Below are positions 1 to 5,386 of a stretch of 5,822 nucleotides of DNA, in pieces (the first letter of the stretch is position 1; every line of letters begins with the position of its first letter). The notes under the pieces were generated by a model that had not been told where the DNA came from, made no database searches, and saw nothing but the letters and a program-made list of their open reading frames with translations. A program made the position numbers and the translations under genes. The stretch comes from a virus (Duplodnaviria > Heunggongvirae > Uroviricota > Caudoviricetes): the IMG/VR virus record IMGVR_UViG_2541047425_000019; one strand, written 5' to 3'.

Positions 1-120
1 GTGACGTTAACCAGTTAACAATTAACGCCGGATACAGAGAATCCCCCCATAACACTGTTTTTGGCTTTAACTGTTCCGCGTGCGCTCAGCCGCATTCACC
101 GCATCACAAAATTCACTTTT

Positions 121-164
121 AAAAAAGGGCGGCAGAGCAGTTACGGAGTAAAACTGATACCGCC
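121..164 (-). terminator. Possible intrinsic terminator (minus-strand orientation), interrupted stem
   Basis: Outer arms GGCGG (128-132) / CCGCC (160-164) and inner arms CAGTT (138-142) / AACTG (152-156); the A6 run at 121-126 is a U6 tract immediately 3' of the stem on the minus-strand transcript. The stem is interrupted and the enclosed region is long, so this is weak. Confidence 0.2.
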
Positions 165-514
165 AAATGTCACCAGAATATTGATAACAGAGGGCGTTGC
201 AGCGGGGTTGTCACTTAAGCGTATGGTCAACCTGACAACCCGGTGTCCTCAACGGGGAAAGAATAACCCCGCCATACTTACCGCCGCGCCATTTCGCGGA
301 TTGCCACAACCGGAAGCGCACGGTCGAATTAAATTTAACGACGGCTCTAAGGGAGAAGGACTTCGCCGTGCACTTTCGTGTTATGCCCTGACTTTTCAGG
401 GATATATCCTTTCAGTAAACTGTCAGTGCCGGATTCTTATCTGTGTCCGGCGCACGACCACACGTAGCAGCGTGTTGGTCTCCATTTTTAATTCAGCCCT
501 TAATGGAGGATAAA

Positions 515-700
515 ATGCCAAACAAACCATGCCCTGCCTGTAACGCTCTTTCTGGCTTTTTAGAGAAGGGCGGTTATTACATTTTTAACTGTCCAGAACA
601 TGTTGAATTTCATATATCAAAACTTGACAGTATCATTACAAAGCCAAATCAGTATCAGTCTGATTTACTGAATAAAGAGTTAAACGCCGCCCGAGATTAA
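515..700 (+). CDS. Small hypothetical protein (61 aa) with Cys/His motifs (CPAC ... CPEH), possible zinc-ribbon-like protein
   Basis: ATG at 515 is preceded by GGAGG (505-509) with a 5-nt spacer; it is the in-frame internal start of track ORF 443..700. The upstream part of that ORF lacks an RBS. Product MPNKPCPACNALSGFLEKGGYYIFNCPEHVEF...; stop TAA at 698-700. Confidence 0.45.
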   Translation: MPNKPCPACNALSGFLEKGGYYIFNCPEHVEFHISKLDSIITKPNQYQSDLLNKELNAARD

Positions 701-737
701 GGGCGTAGTGGCCCATTAAAAATATTGCAAAGACCAA

Positions 738-1037
738 CTATTGTTGAACTGGATTAAACCAGTAATTCTCTATTGCTCTTATTGTTACCATCGGATGATT
801 GCCGGGGGTTATTTTAAGTTCGGGAGGAAAAGGCTCTCCATCAGCAGCCATCATTGAGTATGTGAAATCCGCCGACGCAGTCCCTTTCATGATAATTCCG
901 AATTTTTCAAGTAATGAGAGCAGTTCCGGTAATCCTGTGTCATCTGAATAACTTTCCTCATAGAAAGAAGCGATTGCCGCAGGAGATGACAGTTCTCGCT
1001 CTGCAATTTTTTTGTAGTTTTCCAGAATTCTTTTTTT
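738..1037 (-). other. -1-frame C-terminal extension of the 887..1276 gene (about 97 codons, no start codon of its own); fusion product about 179 aa
   Basis: Hand translation of the minus strand in the -1 frame from the A7 run (complement of plus T7 at 1031-1037) gives RILENYKKIAERELSSPAAIASFYEESYSDDTGLPELLSLLEKFGIIMKGTASADFTYSMMAADGEPFPPELKITPGNHPMVTIRAIENYWFNPVQQ, stop at 738-740. There is no ATG/GTG/TTG in this frame between the upstream in-frame stop (about 1086) and the internal Met, so it cannot be an independent gene of this length. Confidence 0.45.
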
Positions 1038-1276
1038 GAATACTTTTCCTCGACATGAAAACCCATCACCGAGGCAATCCGCTTTGCAGTTTCTTCAGTA
1101 TTCTGGTTGTTTGTTACCGAAACAGAGTACAATCCGGTAAACGCATCGCGCACATTACGAGCCATATTATCAATGTATTTCTTCGTTGCAGATTCTAATT
1201 CAACTTCGTTCAGACGTTGGTGAAGTGCATGTGCTGCAATTTCCTGGATTTCTTTTAGTAAATCTTTAAATTCCAT
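887..1276 (-). CDS. Hypothetical protein, zero-frame product (129 aa) of an AT-rich gene interrupted by a frameshift
   Basis: Track ORF 887..1276. ATG (complement of 1274-1276) is preceded by GGAG with a 6-nt spacer, placed directly after the stop of the upstream small ORF. The N-terminal 82 aa look like real protein; the zero-frame tail after the A7 runs looks low-quality. The region looks AT-richer than its flanks. Confidence 0.55.
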   Translation of the reverse strand: MEFKDLLKEIQEIAAHALHQRLNEVELESATKKYIDNMARNVRDAFTGLYSVSVTNNQNTEETAKRIASVMGFHVEEKYSKKEFWKTTKKLQSENCHLLRQSLLSMRKVIQMTQDYRNCSHYLKNSELS

Positions 1277-1287
1277 CTTTAACTCCG

Positions 1288-1416
1288 TTAGTCGTTAGAT
1301 TTTGCCGAACTGGAAAGCGCCTGTTTAAACTCACTGAAGCTGAGAGCTTCCTCGCCTTCGGCAAGGCCTTCGAAGTATTCTTCGTAAGCCTTTTCCATGA
1401 TTGTGTCGAAATCCAT
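1288..1416 (-). CDS. Small acidic hypothetical protein (42 aa)
   Basis: Below the track's size cutoff; found by hand. ATG (complement of 1414-1416) preceded by AGGTGA with a 5-nt spacer; product MDFDTIMEKAYEEYFEGLAEGEEALSFSEFKQALSSSAKSND; stop TAA (complement of 1288-1290) followed directly by the RBS of the next gene. Tightly coupled with its neighbours. Confidence 0.5.
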   Translation of the reverse strand: MDFDTIMEKAYEEYFEGLAEGEEALSFSEFKQALSSSAKSND

Positions 1417-1417
1417 A

Positions 1418-1573
1418 TCACTCACCTGAGTTTCTTTCCAGCCAGCGACGGGCACCATTTTCGGTTTTAAACGTTTTGCTTTTGGTATACGTCATCGCGG
1501 TGAATGTACCGTCCTGGTTGGGAAACACGCCGTACACCAGAGATTCGTTGTTGCCAAGATCGATAGTATCCAT
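1418..1573 (-). CDS. Small hypothetical protein (51 aa), first gene of the leftward early operon
   Basis: Track ORF 1418..1612 trimmed to the internal ATG (complement of 1571-1573), which has GAGG 6 nt upstream; product MDTIDLGNNESLVYGVFPNQDGTFTAMTYTKSKTFKTENGARRWLERNSGE. Its stop lies 1 nt before the ATG of the 42-aa ORF. Size and position recall the small ORFs left of the repressor in Rac-like prophages, but I do not claim identity. Confidence 0.5.
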   Translation of the reverse strand: MDTIDLGNNESLVYGVFPNQDGTFTAMTYTKSKTFKTENGARRWLERNSGE

Positions 1574-1759
1574 GTTGACCTCATTTCCCCTTAACGCCGG
1601 GTAGCGGAACAAAAACCTGCTGCATAGTTATTAAAGTTGAACCCTGCCGTCATGTTCATACGCCTCGGGCTGGCTACTTACCCCCTGACCACTGCTTGGT
1701 AACTCGAAGTATTGCCCGGCGTTCTGTGGGGCGGGGTGGGTGGTTGGTGTATGTAATCT

Positions 1760-1799
1760 ACAATAAAAAACTGTTTTTGTGTCAACAGTTTTTAATTGT
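1760..1799. promoter_or_regulatory. Operator-like inverted repeat (OL analogue) with candidate leftward promoter
   Basis: ACAATAAAAAACTGT (1760-1774), 10-bp spacer, ACAGTTTTTAATTGT (1785-1799); the left arm is identical to the 15-mer at 2795-2809. A perfect TTGACA -35 hexamer on the minus strand (complement of 1780-1785) lies inside the element; the -10 is ambiguous (TAGATT at a 19-nt spacing). Confidence 0.5.
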
Positions 1800-1809
1800 T
1801 GTTTTGGGC

Positions 1810-1832
1810 AAAAAAATCCCTCGAAAGAGGGA
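1810..1832 (-). terminator. Rho-independent terminator of the repressor/TA operon (t_imm-like)
   Basis: Minus-strand transcript reads TCCCTC-tttc-GAGGGA followed by TTTTTTT, 19 nt after the parE stop: a 6-bp GC-rich stem, 4-nt loop and U7 tract. Confidence 0.5.
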
Positions 1833-1850
1833 GTATGAAAATTGTTCAAC

Positions 1851-2138
1851 TCAGATAGAGAAGGGAAATTGTCGCCGAGAATGTGTCACGCTTACAATCT
1901 CAATGCTTGAAGCAGCTACTCTGTACAGGATTATGTAGTTAGGGTGGGTCACGATCTCTCTCAATCCAGAAACCCGTTCGCTTGGTGGATATAAGTACGG
2001 ATGCTCAGATAGAGGTAATACCGATGTTTCAATGCGTATTTTTAGTCTACGTGCTGCCGGTGGGTTCTCCTTGGCGATGTAAGTTATGATCTGGCGCAAA
2101 TCATCGCGAGCAGACGGTAGCCATAAAATGGGTAACAT
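1851..2138 (-). CDS. parE: ParE/RelE-family type II toxin (95 aa)
   Basis: Track ORF; the sequence (…ARDDLRQIITYIAKENPPAARRLKIRIETSVLPLSEHPYLYPPSERVSGLREIVTHPNYIILYRVAASSIEIVSVTHSRRQF…) has the characteristic ParE pattern. Its start overlaps the antitoxin stop as TAATG (2136-2140), a classic translational coupling. Confidence 0.85.
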   Translation of the reverse strand: MLPILWLPSARDDLRQIITYIAKENPPAARRLKIRIETSVLPLSEHPYLYPPSERVSGLREIVTHPNYIILYRVAASSIEIVSVTHSRRQFPFSI

Positions 2139-2329
2139 TACTCGCTCTTGTTAGTTACAGCAATTTGAGCAATAAGATTTTCCATTTCAGCCATTACCTC
2201 GTCATGTGGAATTGCGGGGCGAGTGTCTGCAAGGCTTGACGTTACTTTAGTGCGCAACCATTCGTTGTAACTGTTTTCTTGTTCGGTAGTTTCGAATTCT
2301 GAAACTATCGGAGAAAGGGCTGTACCCAT
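2138..2329 (-). CDS. paaA: PaaA-like antitoxin (63 aa) partnered with ParE
   Basis: Track ORF; ATG (complement of 2327-2329) preceded by GGAG with a 7-nt spacer. The product (…SPIVSEFETTEQENSYNEWLRTKV…RPAIPHDEV…) resembles, from memory, the PaaA2 antitoxin of the E. coli O157 paaR2-paaA2-parE2 module. Small, acidic, immediately upstream of and coupled to parE. Confidence 0.75.
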   Translation of the reverse strand: MGTALSPIVSEFETTEQENSYNEWLRTKVTSSLADTRPAIPHDEVMAEMENLIAQIAVTNKSE

Positions 2330-2356
2330 GGCATAACTCCTCTTCTTGTACTGTGG

Positions 2357-2758
2357 TCACGCCCGGCGGCTTTTTTGTGCCGCCAGCCACCTAGCAATGG
2401 TTTCTTCCATTGATTTTTTCTTGTCTTTGATTTCTTGAAGCATTTTTTCTTGGTCTTCCTCAGGAAACGCACTAAAAGCTTGGAGCAGTTCGCGTTGGCG
2501 AGGACCAATTTTCATCGTGTCAGGGGTGAAAATTTGCTCACACTCTTCAGGAGGCAATAAAAACCAATGCAATGGATGCCCTGAAACCTCAACCAGTTTA
2601 TCCAAACTTGAGGCTTTAGGTGTAGCCTTACCGCTGACCCATTGTTGAACAGTTTGTTGTGTCACACCAATTCTACGGGCAAGCTCAGCCTGGCTCCATC
2701 CAGTTTCCTGAAGAAGCTTGCTGATTCTGTACATAGATACTTCTAGGGCGCTCATCAT
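2357..2758 (-). CDS. paaR: DicA/PaaR-like HTH (XRE-family) transcriptional repressor; likely the CI-type prophage repressor and TA regulator (133 aa)
   Basis: Track ORF; N-terminal HTH (…WSQAELARRIGVTQQTVQQWVSG…) and a C-terminal region resembling the DicA C-terminus (…RQRELLQAFSAFPEEDQEKMLQEI…). Transcribed divergently from the cro-like gene. No SD before the ATGATG start, and a TAAAAT -10-like hexamer sits 7 nt upstream, so the mRNA may be leaderless. The exact start (M1, M2 or M9) is uncertain. Confidence 0.8.
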   Translation of the reverse strand: MMSALEVSMYRISKLLQETGWSQAELARRIGVTQQTVQQWVSGKATPKASSLDKLVEVSGHPLHWFLLPPEECEQIFTPDTMKIGPRQRELLQAFSAFPEEDQEKMLQEIKDKKKSMEETIARWLAAQKSRRA

Positions 2759-2866
2759 TATTCAATTTTACAGGTAAATACTGTTAAAAGCATCACAATA
2801 AAAAACTGTTGATTGCATACAGTTTTTTATTGTAGGCTTTGCTTATAGTTTTTAGAGGAGGGCAAA
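2759..2866. promoter_or_regulatory. Divergent promoter/operator region (OR analogue; PRM-like leftward and PR-like rightward promoters)
   Basis: Perfect 15-bp inverted repeat ACAATAAAAAACTGT (2795-2809) / ACAGTTTTTTATTGT (2819-2833) with a 9-bp spacer; extra ACTGTT / ACAG half-site-like motifs at 2770-2785. Rightward TATAGT (2844-2849) lies just upstream of the cro SD; leftward TAAAAT (complement of 2765-2770) lies 7 nt before the repressor ATG. The -35 elements are weak or ambiguous. Confidence 0.6.
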
Positions 2867-3139
2867 ATGCTAGATAGCACTCGCGAAAAAATTAGGCAGA
2901 AATACACTCAGGCTGAAATAGGTCGTTATATGGGGGTCGCTCAACAGACTGTTTGGCAATGGTTTAGCTTTGGCGTTCCCCCAAAGCAGGTAATTCCGTT
3001 ATGCCAACTAATGAAGTGGGAAGTTACCCCGCATGAAATCCGCCCAGATATTTATCCTAACCCAACCGACGGTTTACCTGTTGGATGTAAGGTTAACACA
3101 TCAAATGCGCCGGAGTTGATTCATGAAAATCAAGCATGA
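2867..3139 (+). CDS. ydaS: Cro-like HTH regulator of the YdaS family (90 aa)
   Basis: Track ORF; GGAGG 6 nt upstream of the ATG; HTH (…IGRYMGVAQQTVWQW…) and the YdaS-family hallmark …VTPHEIRPDIYP…. First gene transcribed rightward from the operator region. Confidence 0.8.
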   Translation: MLDSTREKIRQKYTQAEIGRYMGVAQQTVWQWFSFGVPPKQVIPLCQLMKWEVTPHEIRPDIYPNPTDGLPVGCKVNTSNAPELIHENQA

Positions 3140-3548
3140 ACACATCCGCATGGCGATGAATGCCTGGGCGCATCCGGACGGCGAAAAAGTACCGGCTGCG
3201 AAAATTACCAAAGCGTATTTCGAGCTGGGAATGACGTTCCCGGAACTGTATGACGACAGCCATCCGGAAGCCATGGCTCGCAATACTCAGAAAATTTTCC
3301 GCTGGGTGGAGAAAGACACTCCTGATGCGGTTAAAAAAATTCAGGCGTTGTTACCAGCGATCGAAAAAGCGATGCCGCCTCCGCTGGTGGCCCGAATGCG
3401 CAGCCACAGTTCCGCTTATTTTCGGGAGTTGGTAGAGACGAAGGAACGGCTGGTGAAAGATATTGATGATTTCGTTGCATCAGCGATCGTTCTGTTCGAT
3501 CAGATGAATCGTGGTGGCCCGGCAGGAAACACTCTGGCTGTGCATTAA
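3123..3548 (+). CDS. ydaT: YdaT-like protein (141 aa), proposed functional analogue of CII in Rac/CP-933P-type prophages
   Basis: Track ORF; N-terminus MKIKHEHI… matches my recollection of YdaT proteins. It overlaps the end of the cro-like gene by 17 nt in another frame, typical of a coupled operon; GGAG lies 7 nt upstream. Confidence 0.75.
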   Translation: MKIKHEHIRMAMNAWAHPDGEKVPAAKITKAYFELGMTFPELYDDSHPEAMARNTQKIFRWVEKDTPDAVKKIQALLPAIEKAMPPPLVARMRSHSSAYFRELVETKERLVKDIDDFVASAIVLFDQMNRGGPAGNTLAVH

Positions 3549-3561
3549 TTGGGTAATAAAT

Positions 3562-4071
3562 ATGAGTAATGACAAAAAATTGACACTGAGCGTTTACGAA
3601 AACAGTCCGCACATCTGGCGTGGCGGTTTATCTGATGTGGAGCTGGCAGAGTGGTTGATACATAAAGCTAATGCGCTGCTCTGGCGTTTGTCAGCCAGAG
3701 AACAGCGCAAGGAAACCAGAATAAAGCTGGCTGATGCAGAAGCGTGTGCCGGGCTTATTGAGGATTATACAAATCTTGGTATTTCTTCAGCAGAGAGTGA
3801 TCCCATTCAGCCTCTGAGCAGGGAGTCAATCCAGCACGCTGGTTGTATGGCACATCTTGTAACTGCTCGTCAACATGAGGTGGGTATTGGATCACTTCCG
3901 GCGGGATATTCGCTGATTCCAGAGCTGGTTGAAGCAAGAAAATCAGTTCAGAAAAAGAGAGATGACGCACTTCAATTATTGAGAGAGCACTATGGCGCGA
4001 TACCAGAATGCGAACAGCGTCGATACCCTGAAGGTTATGAATGGATGCAGTCTCTTTTTGAAGTTCGCTAA
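3562..4071 (+). CDS. Hypothetical protein (169 aa), inserted between the CII analogue and the replication genes
   Basis: Track ORF 3511..4071 trimmed to the ATG at 3562; the track's GTG start at 3511 would overlap ydaT. First-codon-position G is about 36% by hand count, typical of real coding. The RBS is weak, and a long antisense ORF with a strong RBS overlaps it (see findings). Confidence 0.5.
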   Translation: MSNDKKLTLSVYENSPHIWRGGLSDVELAEWLIHKANALLWRLSAREQRKETRIKLADAEACAGLIEDYTNLGISSAESDPIQPLSRESIQHAGCMAHLVTARQHEVGIGSLPAGYSLIPELVEARKSVQKKRDDALQLLREHYGAIPECEQRRYPEGYEWMQSLFEVR

Positions 4072-4288
4072 TCAATATGTCGAGACGAAGGTATGTTTCG
4101 GCGCGCAGCCAGGCTCTGTAATCCGGGAGCATTTCGGGGCTGTTACACCAGCGGTTTGTTGCTGCAACATTTAATACATGAGCCTGATAAAGGCTTTTCA
4201 AAAAATACATGTCGAACCTCCTCTGGTTCTGTCGATTGGGAACCACAGATTATATCCGGAGGAAGGTTCGGCACCAGATGAGGTAGCC

Positions 4289-5380
4289 ATGCGTGATTAC
4301 GCAAAAGTTTCTCCGCGATTCTGGCTGGGAGAAACGGGGAGAGAACTTAGAAAGGCGGGTGCAGAAGCGCAAGTTGTTGCTTTTTACCTGATGACATCCC
4401 CTCACGCAAATATGCTGGGTTTGTATTACCTGCCAGTTTTATACCTTGCTCATGAAACCGGGCTTGGTCTGGAAGGGGCTTCAAAGGGGCTTAAAAGGGC
4501 TGTTGAAGCTGGTTTTTGTAGCTATGACCATGATGCAGAGATGGTCTGGGTCCATGAAATGGCAGCCTGGCAGGTTGGGGAAACGTTGAAGCCTGGCGAT
4601 AACCGTTGTGCAGGTGTCAGGAATGAGTATGCATCATTACCTGAAAACGCTTTTCTGTCAGTGTTTTACGACAGATATAAAACGGATTTCCATCTGGATG
4701 TGAGGCGGAATAATAGCCGAAATTCGGTAAGGGGCTTCGAAGGGGCTTTTAAGGGGCTTCGAAGCCAAGAACAGGAACAGGAGCAGGAGAAAGAACAGGA
4801 ACAGGACAAAAACACTATGGTTCATGGCAAAAAAAACACCACGAACCAGGCAGGGGATGTTCAGACCGTCAATCCTGGTCAGCCAGCAGGCACGACACCG
4901 GAAGCCGATTCGGGCGCTGTGCAGCAGGTGATGACCGCAGGGTCGGAGCAATCACACCAACTGCAGCAGCCTGAAGCCGATTCCGCCATTCAGCGGGAAG
5001 CCGATCGGGTAGTCCCGGAAAGCACCGGGCAGTCTGTGGGACGAGTGGATTATCCGGATGTGTTCGAACAGGTCTGGCGGGAATACCCGTTGCGTGCTGG
5101 GGCAAACCCGAAGAAATCCGCTTTCAGTGCCTGGAAGGCCAGATTGCGCGAGGGGGTGCCACCAGAGACCATGCTGGATGGTGTGAGGCGTTACGCGAGA
5201 TACCTGGCGGCGACCGGGAAAGCGGGAACGGAATTTGTTCAGCGAGCGACGACGTTTTTTGGGCCGGACCGGAATTTTGAAAACCCCTGGTTGCTCCCGG
5301 TAAGCGGCACGAACAACCAGCGTTGTGTGAATCATATTTCTGAACCGGATACCGAAATTCCGCCGGGATTCAGGGGGTGA
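4289..5380 (+). CDS. Phage replication initiation protein (O-like; N-terminal DNA-binding region, low-complexity EQ-repeat linker, C-terminal domain of the conserved phage type) (363 aa)
   Basis: Track ORF 4178..5380 trimmed to ATG 4289, which has GAGG 5 nt upstream. Sits directly upstream of the DnaC-like gene with a 6-nt gap. The C-terminal region (…YPDVFEQVWREYPLRAGANPKKSAFSAWKARLREG…) recalls the conserved C-terminus of phage replication proteins; the family assignment is from memory. Confidence 0.7.
   Translation: MRDYAKVSPRFWLGETGRELRKAGAEAQVVAFYLMTSPHANMLGLYYLPVLYLAHETGLGLEGASKGLKRAVEAGFCSYDHDAEMVWVHEMAAWQVGETLKPGDNRCAGVRNEYASLPENAFLSVFYDRYKTDFHLDVRRNNSRNSVRGFEGAFKGLRSQEQEQEQEKEQEQDKNTMVHGKKNTTNQAGDVQTVNPGQPAGTTPEADSGAVQQVMTAGSEQSHQLQQPEADSAIQREADRVVPESTGQSVGRVDYPDVFEQVWREYPLRAGANPKKSAFSAWKARLREGVPPETMLDGVRRYARYLAATGKAGTEFVQRATTFFGPDRNFENPWLLPVSGTNNQRCVNHISEPDTEIPPGFRG
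4726..4812. repeat. Iteron-like direct repeats and hexanucleotide repeat inside the O-like gene (candidate origin)
   Basis: AAGGGGCTT-type 9-mers repeated three times at 4728-4760, including palindromic GGCTTCGAAGCC (4755-4766), then (GAACAG)-like repeats at 4767-4806 and an A-rich tract. A related cluster AAGGGGCTTCAAAGGGGCTTAAAAGGGCT lies at 4473-4501. Confidence 0.4.
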
Positions 5381-5386
5381 TGTGGC

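Noticed and set aside
61-513. 150-aa plus-strand ORF as a protein-coding gene
   Set aside because: TTG start without RBS, atypical composition (Arg/Cys-rich), low first-position G and many rare codons; kept only as an unexplained region in the findings.
701-716. GGGC-gtagtg-GCCC hairpin between the convergent genes as a bidirectional terminator
   Set aside because: Only a 4-bp stem and no U-tract 3' of the stem on either strand.
1401-1604. 67-aa plus-strand ORF
   Set aside because: Antisense to the two well-supported small minus-strand genes; no RBS; sequence not protein-like.
1631-1849. 72-aa minus-strand ORF
   Set aside because: Its start lies inside the terminator hairpin and it runs through the OL-like operator and promoter region; no RBS; low-complexity sequence.
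1696-1938. 80-aa plus-strand ORF
   Set aside because: Spans the operator, the terminator and the 3' end of parE on the opposite strand; a shadow ORF.
2361-2388. GGCGGC-ttttttgt-GCCGCC hairpin as a transcription terminator
   Set aside because: The T-run is in the loop, not 3' of the stem, on either strand, and it lies inside the end of the repressor coding sequence; more likely an mRNA structural element (mentioned in the TA finding).
2305-2508. 67-aa minus-strand ORF (Lys/Arg-rich)
   Set aside because: Alternative frame inside the repressor gene and overlapping the antitoxin start; the repressor frame has clear HTH homology, this one has none.
3101-3283. 60-aa minus-strand ORF
   Set aside because: Antisense to the cro-like and ydaT-like genes; no RBS; shadow ORF.
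3250-3435. 61-aa plus-strand ORF (Arg/Lys-rich)
   Set aside because: Out-of-frame overlap inside the ydaT-like gene; no independent signals.
3511-3561. GTG start at 3511 for the 169-aa gene
   Set aside because: Would overlap the ydaT-like gene by 38 nt with no RBS; the ATG at 3562 directly after the ydaT stop is the more economical start, though its RBS is weak.
3331-3612. 93-aa minus-strand ORF
   Set aside because: Antisense to the ydaT-like gene and the start of the 169-aa gene; no RBS.
3992-4281. Two short plus-strand ORFs (3992..4174 and 4093..4281)
   Set aside because: Alternative frames across the end of the 169-aa gene and the gap before the O-like gene; not protein-like, no RBS.
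4178-4288. Upstream ATG (4178) as start of the O-like protein
   Set aside because: No SD at 4178, whereas ATG 4289 has GAGG at a 5-nt spacing; the extra 37 residues are not protein-like. Cannot be fully excluded.
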